Shown here in pieces: positions 21,728 to 30,066 of a stretch of DNA of 64,000 nt. The stretch is from Candidatus Eiseniibacteriota bacterium (GTDB lineage Bacteria > Eisenbacteria > RBG-16-71-46), in NCBI GenBank assembly GCA_963717505.1, contig OY970342.1:2176001-2240000 (forward strand). Reading direction: 5' to 3'. Made by a program: the position numbers and the translations under genes. How positions within the stretch are numbered: position 1 is the first letter of the stretch; the number at the start of each line of letters is the position of its first letter. The notes beneath the pieces were generated by a model that was not told the DNA's origin, made no database searches, and worked only from the letters and a program-made list of their open reading frames with translations.

Positions 21728-22365
21728 CGAAGTTCGCGGCCCCGAAAACCGCCAAGAGGCCAGCCCGCAAACGAAAGCAGCTACGCCTCGCGGACGCACT
21801 GTTCTCGAAGGTCCAGCAGCGCGTGCTCGGCGTCCTCTTCGGGAACCCCGGCCGGAGCTTCTTCGCGAAGCAGATCATCCGCCTGGCGGAATCGGGGACC
21901 GGCGCGGTGCAGCGCGAACTCACCAGCCTCTCTGGCTCCGGCCTGGTCACCGTCAAAGAGCTAGGCAAGCAGAAGCACTACCAGGCCAACCCGGATTCTC
22001 CTCTGTTCGAGGAACTGTGCCGGCTCGCACTCAAGACATTCGGGCTGGCCGACGTCTTGCGGGAAGCGCTCGAGCCCATGGCTCCCGAGATTCGTGTGGC
22101 GTTCGTCTACGGCTCGATCGCCAAGGGCACCAACACGGCCTCGAGCGACGTCGACGTCCTGGTGATCAGCGAAACCATTGCCCATGCCGATCTCGTCGCG
22201 GCGCTCGAAGGCGCTTCCAAGCGCCTCGGGCGTAAGCTTGCTCCGACCGTCTATTCGTCGAAGGAGTTCAAGACGCGACTGAGTCAGGGGAACGTCTTCG
22301 TCAAGAGCATCCTGGCTCAGCCCAAGTTTTGGCTGATCGGCGACGAGAGTGTCCTCGCCGCTTGA
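21721..22365 (+). CDS. wHTH-MNT nucleotidyltransferase (antitoxin-type), copy 1, no intact HEPN partner
   Basis: ADALFSKVQQRVL, GAVQREL, HYQAN, FVYGSIAKG...SSDVDVLVI (GS..DxD). Confidence 0.85.
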   Translation: MGTKFAAPKTAKRPARKRKQLRLADALFSKVQQRVLGVLFGNPGRSFFAKQIIRLAESGTGAVQRELTSLSGSGLVTVKELGKQKHYQANPDSPLFEELCRLALKTFGLADVLREALEPMAPEIRVAFVYGSIAKGTNTASSDVDVLVISETIAHADLVAALEGASKRLGRKLAPTVYSSKEFKTRLSQGNVFVKSILAQPKFWLIGDESVLAA

Positions 22366-22392
22366 GGGGAGCCAGAAGCGCCCTCGCTAGCC

Positions 22393-22435
22393 TTGACCAT
22401 ACCCATATTGGGTATTATCCTACCCAACATGGGTA
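22393..22435 (+). promoter_or_regulatory. sigma70-type, probably leaderless promoter with tandem palindromic operators
   Basis: TTGACC-17 bp-TATCCT-7 bp-ATG(22429); ATACCCA-N3-TGGGTAT and TACCCA-N3-TGGGTA. Confidence 0.7.
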
Positions 22436-23064
22436 TGAAGAAACGAGCCCCTAAGAGAGGTCCCCGGAAGCCGCCGACGGCCGGACTCGCCGATGCCCTG
22501 TTTTCAAAGGTCCAGCAGCGAGTGCTGGGTGTTCTCTTCGGAAACCCTGGCCGAAGCTTTTTTGCCACCGAGATCATCAACCTCGCCAAGTCGGGCAGCG
22601 GGGCGGTTCAGCGGGAGTTGGCCAGCCTCGAAGCTTCTGGCCTCGTCACAGTGACCATGAGAGGGAAGCAGAAGCATTACCAGGCCAACGCCGAGTCGCC
22701 GTTGTTCAAGGAGCTTCGTGGGCTGTCCCTGAAAACCTTCGGACTGACTGACGTTCTGCGCTCGGCACTCGAACCTCTCGCCCGCGAAATCCAAGGGGCT
22801 TTCGTCTACGGGTCCATCGCCAAAGGCACCGACACCGCCTCGAGCGACGTAGACGTCATGGTGGTCAGTGACACGCTCGCCTACGCCGACCTGTTCGCGG
22901 CGCTGGAACCTGCATCCGCACAACTGGGGCGCAACGTCGCTCCGACCGTCTACTCGCTGAAGGAACTCCAGGAACGAGTGCGACAGAAGAACTCGTTCGT
23001 TACGCGCATTCTGGAGCAACCCAAGATGTGGGTGATTGGGGATGAACGTGTCCTCGGAGCTTGA
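22429..23064 (+). CDS. wHTH-MNT nucleotidyltransferase (antitoxin-type), copy 2
   Basis: clear paralog of 21721-22365; FVYGSIAKGTDTASSDVDVMVV. Confidence 0.85.
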   Translation: MGMKKRAPKRGPRKPPTAGLADALFSKVQQRVLGVLFGNPGRSFFATEIINLAKSGSGAVQRELASLEASGLVTVTMRGKQKHYQANAESPLFKELRGLSLKTFGLTDVLRSALEPLAREIQGAFVYGSIAKGTDTASSDVDVMVVSDTLAYADLFAALEPASAQLGRNVAPTVYSLKELQERVRQKNSFVTRILEQPKMWVIGDERVLGA

Positions 23065-23470
23065 GGGTCTCACGGGTCCGACGGGGTCCCTAACTCGCGA
23101 ACCACCTGACGCGATGGAGTTCGCCGGATTGGTCAGGTCCGGTGAGGCACGCCTCGTGGATGCCGAGCGGGCAGTGAACTCTCTGGATAGCCGCTTCGAT
23201 CTCGCCTACAACGCGGCCCATGCTCTATGCCTCGCGGCCTTGAGACACAAGGGGTATCGGCCCAACAAGCAACGCTACGTGGTCTTCCAGGCGCTTCCCC
23301 ACACTCTTGGACTTGGTCCCGAGGTGTGGCGAGTACTCAATCGCGCACACAGCGAGCGCAACCGAACCGAGTACGAAGGCGACCGGACATTGGATGAGCG
23401 CCTGCTTGCCGATGTCATCGCTGCCTGCAAGACCGTGCTGGCGGCCATCCGCAAGCTTCCATCCCTCTGA
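23042..23470 (+). CDS. HEPN-like toxin paired with the MNT
   Basis: overlaps MNT stop; SRFDLAYNAAHAL..AALR..GYR, H..RN..EYEG; predicted all-helical. Confidence 0.7.
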   Translation: MNVSSELEGLTGPTGSLTREPPDAMEFAGLVRSGEARLVDAERAVNSLDSRFDLAYNAAHALCLAALRHKGYRPNKQRYVVFQALPHTLGLGPEVWRVLNRAHSERNRTEYEGDRTLDERLLADVIAACKTVLAAIRKLPSL

Positions 23471-23515
23471 GTGGATCGCCCCGTCAGGGTATCGAGGAGC
23501 CGCCATGCGGTTCCG

Positions 23516-23557
23516 AAACGTCGGGGATTGCGCTCAACCCCCGACGTTTTGTATCAT
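23516..23557 (+). promoter_or_regulatory. AbiE promoter with 11-bp inverted repeat operator
   Basis: AAACGTCGGGG (23516-23526) / CCCCGACGTTT (23539-23549); TTGCGC...TATCAT. Confidence 0.65.
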
Positions 23558-23566
23558 CCCGACGCC

Positions 23567-24170
23567 ATGCCGAAACCCAGCAAGGACCAGACGCTCCGGC
23601 TGATCGAAACGCTGGGCCTCGCGCGCCCGCGGGATCTCGAGGCGCACGGAGTCTCGCGCGCGCAGCTCTCTCGTCTCGTGAACGAAGGACTGGTGCTCCG
23701 GCAGGCGCGGGGGATCTACGTTGCGGCCCGCCACGCGCCGACGCGAAGCTCACACGCTCGCGCAGGTCGCCAAGCGTGTGCCGGAAGCCGTGTTCTGCCT
23801 GTTCACGGCGCTGCGGTTCCACGACCTGACGACCCAATCGGCGGCCGAGGTCTGGATCGCGCTGCCCGAGAAGGCGCGTCGTCCGCGGCTCGACTATCCC
23901 CGCCTCCGCGTGGCCCGCTTCTCCGGACCTGCCCTGACCGAAGGCGTCGAGGAGCACCGCGTGGAGGGCGTGGTCATCCGCGTGTACTCCGCGGCGAAGA
24001 CCGTCGCCGACTGCTTCAAGTATCGGAACAAGGTCGGCATCGACGTCGCGGTCGAAGCGCTGCGCGACTTCAGCCGGAAGCACCGCGGCGGCGCCAACGA
24101 ACTGGCTCGGTTCGCGCGCATCTGCCGGGTCTCGCGCGTCATGCAGCCCTACCTGGACGCGATCGCATGA
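23567..24170 (+). CDS. abiEi: AbiEi-family type IV TA antitoxin (frameshift near 23745)
   Basis: RPRDL...LSRLV..G...RGIY, CLFTALRFHDLTTQ...VWIA, KTVADCFKYRNKVGIDVAVEAL, VMQPYL. Confidence 0.85.
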
Positions 24171-25079
24171 CCGGCAAGGCCAATCTCGCCGCCTCCGTCG
24201 CCGCGCGCCTGCTCAACCGGGCGAAAGAGACCGGCGACGACCACCAGACCCTGCTGACGAGCTACTGCCTCGAACGGTTCCTCTACCGCCTCGGCGTCTC
24301 GGACCGCCGCGACCGCTTCGTGCTGAAGGGTGCGATGCTCCTGCGGCTCTGGTCGGATCGGCCCTATCGCGCGACCCGCGATCTCGATCTGCTGCGCCGC
24401 GGCGACGGCGCGTTCGAGGCGATCCGCGACGACCTCCGTGCGATCGTCGCCACGCCGGTCCCGCCGGATGCCGTCAGCTTCGACGGCGAGCGCATCGGCA
24501 TCGAGGCGATTCGCGCCGAGGACGAGTACGCCGGCACGCGCGCCACGCTGCTCGCTCGATGCGGCAAGGCGCGCCTGACGCTGCAGATCGACATGGGACT
24601 TGGCGATGCCGTCTGGCCAGCGCCGCAGGCCTGCACGTATCCGACGCTGCTCGATTTCCCCGCGCCGGACCTGCTCGCCTATCCGCGCGAGGCGGTGGTC
24701 GCGGAGAAGCTCGAGGCGATGGTGGTGCTCGGCGACCGGAACAGCCGCATCAAGGACTTCTTCGACCTCCACCATCTCGCGAGCCGCTTCGAGTTCGATC
24801 GCGCGACCCTGGCCGAGGCCGTGCGACGGACGTTCGAGCGCCGCCACACGCCCGTCCCCGCCGAGGACCCGATCGGGCTCACACGCCGCGTACTGGGAGA
24901 ACCCGTCGCGGCCGGCGCAGGTGCGGGCGTTTGCGCGCCGGGCCGGGCTCGAGGTCCCGGCGAAGCCGGCAGAGGAGTTCACGCGCCTGCTGCACGCGTT
25001 CCTCGCGCCGGTGCTGGAGGATCTGCGCACGAAAGAAGCGGGGGAAGGGACTTGGCGTCCGGGTGGACCATGGAAGTGA
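24167..25079 (+). CDS. abiEii: AbiEii/AbiGii nucleotidyltransferase toxin (frameshift near 24885)
   Basis: ERFLYRL, FVLKGAMLL, RATRDLDL, YPTLLD, AEKLEAMV.LG..NSRIKDFFDL. Confidence 0.88.
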
Positions 25080-25158
25080 GCGCGCGGCGGTTTAGAGAGT
25101 AACCGGCGTACAGGGACTTCGGCTGCTTTGCGCCCCCGAAAGCCAAAGCCATGTAGTT

Positions 25159-25188
25159 TTGCTCAGGATATTGAGTAAAAATACTCAA
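25159..25188 (+). promoter_or_regulatory. palindromic operator/promoter of the AAA gene; second copy at 28801-28829
   Basis: TTGAGTA-N4-TACTCAA; 26/29 nt match to 28801-28829. Confidence 0.55.
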
Positions 25189-25192
25189 CGTC

Positions 25193-26036
25193 ATGAGCAA
25201 ACGTGCAACAGCTTATAGGCGCCCGCAGGCCGACCTGCTCGCCCGGCGGCTGGCAGAACCGCGCCGATTCGTCCAGGTCGTCGCCGGTGCGCGGCAGGTG
25301 GGCAAGACGACCCTCGTCCAGCAGGTGGTCGAAACCGCCGAACTGCCGGTTCGCTTCGCGAGCGCCGACGAGCCGACGCTGCGGGGGCGCGACTGGATCG
25401 GCCAGCAGTGGGAGGCCGCGCGGCTGCCGCAGGCCCCGACGGCGCGATCCTGGTGCTCGACGAGGTGCAGAAGGCCCAGGGTTGGTCCGAGTCGGTGAAG
25501 CGCCTGTGGGACGAAGACACCCGCGCAAGCGACAGCTCCGAGTCGTGCTGCTCGGCTCGGCGCCGCTCCTCGTGCAGCAGGGTCTGACTGAGAGCCTGGC
25601 CGGGCGTTTCGAGATTCTCCGGCTGCCGCACTGGTCGCTCGCCGAGATGCGTGCTGCCTTCGGGTTCTCGCTGGACCAGTTCCTCTACTTCGGGGGCTAT
25701 CCCGGCGCGGCGCCGCTGGTCGGCGAGCCCGAGCGCTGGCGACGCTACATCCTGGACGCGCTGGTCGAGACCACGATCTCGCGCGACGTGCTGCTGCTCA
25801 CCCGGGTCGACAAGCCGGCGCTGCTGCGGCGGTTTTTCGAGCTGGGCTGCCGGTACTCCGGACAGGTGCTCTCGTACACCAAGATGCTGGGCCAGCTCCA
25901 CGACGCCGGGAACACCACGACTCTCGCGCACTACCTGGAGCTGCTGAGCGGCGCCGGGCTGCTCACCGGGCTCGCAAGTACTCGGGCGGTGCCGTTCGCC
26001 GGCGGGCTCGAGTCCGAAGCTCCAGGTCACACGTGA
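25193..26036 (+). pseudogene. AAA_14/DUF4143-type ATPase, frameshifted and 3'-truncated
   Basis: GARQVGKTT, LVLDEVQK, LLGSAPL...ESLAGRFE, YFGGYPG, GNTTTLAHYLELL; homology stops at SSPKLQV. Confidence 0.75.
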
Positions 26037-26169
26037 CGGCTCTCGGCCATTGGCTCCACGGCCATGGCGATCTCGGCTGGTCGACATCGCGAGGCTCGGC
26101 AGCGCGAAGCCGCGCGACATGCCGAGCGACTCGGAGCGCGCACGGCCGACCGGAACTCGGTACGAATCG

Positions 26170-27737
26170 CTGAATGACCAGGGGCCGCTCGCGCGCGCAG
26201 CGATCGCCAGGGCCACCGCGACCGCCACGTGATAGCCCGTCGAGCGCGTGGCCTCGGCGCGCAGGTAGGCGGGATGCGCGGTGTTGATCCACACCGTGTT
26301 CTCGATCAGCCGGCCCAGCTCGATATCGTCGGGGCGCTCCTCGAACTGAAGCGAGAGCCCGTAGCGCTGGGCACGGGCGCGACGCGCTCGGGCTTCCTCG
26401 GCGCCCTCGCGTTCCGGGTCGGCGCCCCGTTCGGCATCGGCGGCCGAAGCCTGCAGCGGTTGGGCCTCGAGCCCGGTGTCGGGTTCGGCGGCCGCGCGGG
26501 TCTGCCGCGGCCGTGCTGGCGCCGTCCGTCGGCGGTTCTTGGGACAGCGTTGCGGTCCCGGCGATCGAGCCGCCCTCGGTCATCGCGGCGGCCATCTCGC
26601 CGCGCCCGTCGCCTCCGCCACGGGCGAGCGGAATGCGGCGCTGCCCTCCCTGCTGGCGCTCGACGAGCGAGGCGAGGAGCGGGAAGTCGGCCGTCAGCTC
26701 TTCGAGCACGCGTTCCAGGTCGCGCTCCAGGGGACGAGCAATGCGCCGCCTCTCGTCCTGGACCACGTCGCGCGCGTCGCCCCAGCGCGTGAGCTGCGTC
26801 TGCACCGCCTCCTGAATGGCGCGGCGGTACGAGAGGTAGAGGGCGCCGCGCGGGCCGGTGCGCACGAAGTCGCCCTTGTTGAGGGTGAGCGACTGGGCGA
26901 GCGAGGGTATCTCGAGAATGCCGGTGATGCGGTCCGGCGCGGTCGGGAGGATGCCGAGCCAATCCCAGCCGCGGCGAATCACTTTGCCGTACGTGCTGAC
27001 CGCGATGCCTCGCAGAGATTCGGGAAGCGGCAGGGCGTGGCGTTCCACGTAGCCCCGGCCCGAAGGCTTGCGCTGTCGCTCGATGCGGACCTCGAGCTGG
27101 GCGCGCTCGACCGCCGAACGGCGATTCGCCTCGAGCGTGCGGCCGTTGATTTCGAAACGGATCCCGCTTGGGTAGATCGGGGCGAGCGCCGCCGAGAACT
27201 CCGGCTCCAGCAGCGGCGGGTAGTGCGTGCGTACCACGTGCTCGATGAAGTCGGCGTCGAGCAGCGGCGAGAGGCCGTGCTGCAGCGCGAGCGAGACGGA
27301 GGTTCCGTTCGCCTGAATTCGACCGGGCGGCGCGATGGGTTCGTACGGCGCAACTCGCGCGAGGCCAGGTGCCATCGCGACGCCGCGTGCGATTTGCCGC
27401 GACGCGACTCGGTGACCACCTCGTGTGCCGCGAGCAGCGCGAGCTTGATGCCGACGCCCGCGAACCCGATGCCGTCGCCGCGCGTCTTGGTGCTGGCCGC
27501 TAGGTTGTGGAACTGGCGAAGCTCCTTCCAAACCATGCCGCGGCCGTCGTCCTCGAACCGGAACATCGCGCCCGCCGGCTCGGCCGAGATCTTGATCACG
27601 GTCGCGCCGGCGTCGAGGGAGTTCGCCACCAGCTCGGTGAGGATGGTTTCCTCGAGCCCTGCGGGATAGGCGTCGCGCAGGTCCTCGAGCAGGTGCCGCA
27701 GGTCCACCTTGGTGAATCCGCGGCCACGAGGCGGCAT
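26170..27737 (-). CDS. GHKL (HATPase_c/MORC-like) ATPase, frameshifted, 3' end uncertain
   Basis: ELVANSLDAGA, FEDDGRGM, GIGFAGVGIK (Bergerat motifs), LTLNKGDF, C-terminal WINTAHPAY. Confidence 0.75.
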
Positions 27738-27870
27738 GGAGGGGCTCCGGGTTGGGTCCGGGAGTATAGTGCGTCCGAGGCTTCGAGCATGATTCCCGAC
27801 ATCCGTGCAATGAAGGTGATCCCCGAGCCCGTGCCGAACACGCGGACCGTCCTGGAGCCAACGAGCCGAG

Positions 27871-28931
27871 CAGCTAAAGACAAGCTCTGCTGGTCTTACT
27901 TAGGGTCTCCGCAACTAAAGCCAATTCAGCAGGGCAGGAACCGTTCAGGCCGACTCCGGGGCCCCGTGGCCTCTTTTCATTTGGCCCCATCTACGCTAAT
28001 AATGCTCCTGGTTATTTGCGCCCCCGCGAACAAGGAGCCCTATGACGCCAGAGCGCAGGCCCCACGGGCGCAACCTCCGCGCGTCCGGCGGGTACCGAGC
28101 CTACGTGCCGGAGCCGCTCCCGCCAGCGATCGCGTGGAGCGGGGAGATGGCGGCCGCGCTCTCGGCGGCGGATCGGGCGGTGGGCCGACTGGCGGGCGAA
28201 GGCCGCGGTCTCCCGAACCCCCATTTGCTCATTCGTCCATTCGTCCGACGCGAGGCGGTGCTCTCGAGCCGAATCGAGGGCACTCAAGCGACGCTCGGTG
28301 AGTTGCTGGCAGCCGAGGCGGGTGCTGCGGTCGAGCGCAGTCCGGCGGATCTTCGCGAGGTCGGCAACTACGTTGTCGCCTCGAACACGGCATCGATCGC
28401 CTGGCACGCCTGCCACTCTCGCTGCGGCTGGTGCGCGAGCTTCACGACAAGCTCATGCGCGACGTGCGTGGCAACACGGCGACGCCCGGGGAGTTCAGGC
28501 GCAGCCAGAACTGGATTGGTCCGCCGGGCTCAACGCTGGCGACGCGACCTACGTTCCACCGCCCCCTGATCGGTTGGCGGAGTGTCTAGGCGCCTGGGAG
28601 CGGTTCCTGCACGACGATTCCATGCCGCCGCTGGTCCAGGCGGCCCTGATGCGTTCGCAGTTCGAGGCGATCCACCCGTTCCTCGACGGCAATGGGCGGG
28701 TGGGCCGGCTGCTGATCACGCTGCTATTGATCACCAGGGCGTGCTGCCGTCGCCGCTCCTCTACCTGAGCGCGTCGTGGGGAAGATTCTCGGACCGACGA
28801 TTGCTCAGGACATTGAGTGAGAATACTCAGAGCCTTGAGTACCCAGCCTTCTTCCCCATCAGCGGGGCCACAGGCCGGCCAACTAAAGCGAAGGTCTCTT
28901 GGCTTTAGTTAGCGCCTCCGCAACTAAAGCC
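27871..28931. repeat. 52-bp imperfect direct repeats flanking the Fic remnant
   Basis: 27871-27922 vs 28880-28931, 41/52 identical, both ending CTCCGCAACTAAAGCC. Confidence 0.75.
28042..28775 (+). pseudogene. Fic-family protein, frameshifted and 3'-truncated
   Basis: AYVPEPLPP, REAVLSSRIEGTQ, PGEFRRSQNWIG, QFEAIHPFLDGNGRVGR (canonical Fic motif); ends at PLLYLS. Confidence 0.85.
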
Positions 28932-29060
28932 CCTTGTTCGGAGCCTGAGGCTCAGGGAGCCGCGGATCCCAGCAAGAATACCGTGGACGAGCAATAGATA
29001 GCATCTATTGACTATGACTGCTGACCGGCCGATAATTCTCAGCGTGGGAGGGCCAACATC

Positions 29061-29336
29061 ATGGTCAATCTGAACGTGTCGCTTACAGAGTCGCAGCGCG
29101 ACTGGGTGGAGGCGCAGGTCAAAGCCGGGCGCTACGGGAACCTGAGCGAATACGTGCGAGATCTCATTCGCATCGACCAAAGTCGGGCCGCCGAGCGTCG
29201 GCTTGAAGAACTATTGCTTCAGGGAATTGAGTCGGGGCCGGCGCGGGAGGTCACTCCCGAGTTCTGGGACGAACTGAAGAGTCGTGTCGAGGACCGCCTC
29301 CGGGTCAGGAAAGGCGGTGCCCGGAAAGCGCGTTAG
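29061..29336 (+). CDS. parD: ParD-family ribbon-helix-helix antitoxin
   Basis: LNVSL...WVEAQV..GRYGNLSEYVRDLIR...LLQGIESG; TTGACT-17-GATAAT upstream (29008-29036). Confidence 0.88.
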   Translation: MVNLNVSLTESQRDWVEAQVKAGRYGNLSEYVRDLIRIDQSRAAERRLEELLLQGIESGPAREVTPEFWDELKSRVEDRLRVRKGGARKAR

Positions 29337-29637
29337 GTGGAAGCCTGAGGCGGAACGGGATCTCGAAGAGCATGTTGTCTATCTGGGCCAAGAGGCCGGT
29401 CTCCAACTAGCCTTGCGATTTATTCGAGCGGCCGAGCAGGCAATCGCGCGCCTCGTCGAATTACCTGAACTCGGAGCGCCGCGCGTATTCGAGATCCAGA
29501 AGTTGGAGAGGGTCCGCATGTGGCCGATTCCGGACTTCCCGAACCACCTCATTTTCTACCGGCCGATTGCGACCGGAGTGGAGATCGTGAGAGTGCTTCA
29601 CGCCGCGCGGGACATACCGCCAGTCCTCGAGGAGTGA
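29317..29637 (+). CDS. parE: RelE/ParE-family toxin
   Basis: AERDLEE, PELG, FPNHLIFYR....VEIVRVLHAARD. Confidence 0.88.
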   Translation: MPGKRVRWKPEAERDLEEHVVYLGQEAGLQLALRFIRAAEQAIARLVELPELGAPRVFEIQKLERVRMWPIPDFPNHLIFYRPIATGVEIVRVLHAARDIPPVLEE

Positions 29638-29672
29638 TCACGGGGTCGCAGCGGGTGAGGCAAGCGCAAGAG

Positions 29673-29701
29673 TTGACAGTATGTCCGATCCGACATACTG
29701 T
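29673..29701 (+). promoter_or_regulatory. promoter with perfect 10-bp inverted repeat operator
   Basis: TTGACA-17-TACTGT; ACAGTATGTC-N6-GACATACTGT; ATG at 29710. Confidence 0.75.
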
Positions 29702-29709
29702 GTCCTGCC

Positions 29710-30039
29710 ATGAACACGGCGAAGAGAAAGAGACTCGAATCGGCCGGATGGAAGGTCGGGACCGCGGGTGAGTTCCTTGGCCTTTCGCGCGAAGAGGCGC
29801 AGATCGTCGAGATGAGACTTGCCTTGGGCGAGAGCCTGAGGCGTCATCGCATGAAGCGGCGGCTAACGCAGATCGAGCTAGCCAGGAGGATTGGATCCAG
29901 CCAATCCCGGATCGCGAAGCTCGAGTCAGGCGCGACCGGAGTTTCTCTGGATCTTCTGTTCCGCGCGCTATTCGCAATCGGAGCCACCACGGCGGAAATC
30001 GCCCGAGAGATGCGTCCGAGGAAGCGCTCCGCGGCTTAG
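29710..30039 (+). CDS. XRE-family HTH protein (antitoxin-like, orphan)
   Basis: KRLESAGWKVG...EFLGLS, LTQIELARRIGSSQSRIAKLE.G...SLDLL. Confidence 0.85.
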   Translation: MNTAKRKRLESAGWKVGTAGEFLGLSREEAQIVEMRLALGESLRRHRMKRRLTQIELARRIGSSQSRIAKLESGATGVSLDLLFRALFAIGATTAEIAREMRPRKRSAA

Positions 30040-30066
30040 ACGAGCGCGGGAATACGAGGCAACGGA

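Noticed and set aside
23471-25102. 543-aa AbiEi-AbiEii fusion
   Set aside because: It is produced by a frameshift in abiEi; the normal ATGA-coupled two-gene layout is visible at 24167-24170.
27871-28931. Integron attC sites
   Set aside because: The hairpins are short, lack properly placed RYYYAAC/GTTRRRY boxes, and no tyrosine recombinase is in the window.
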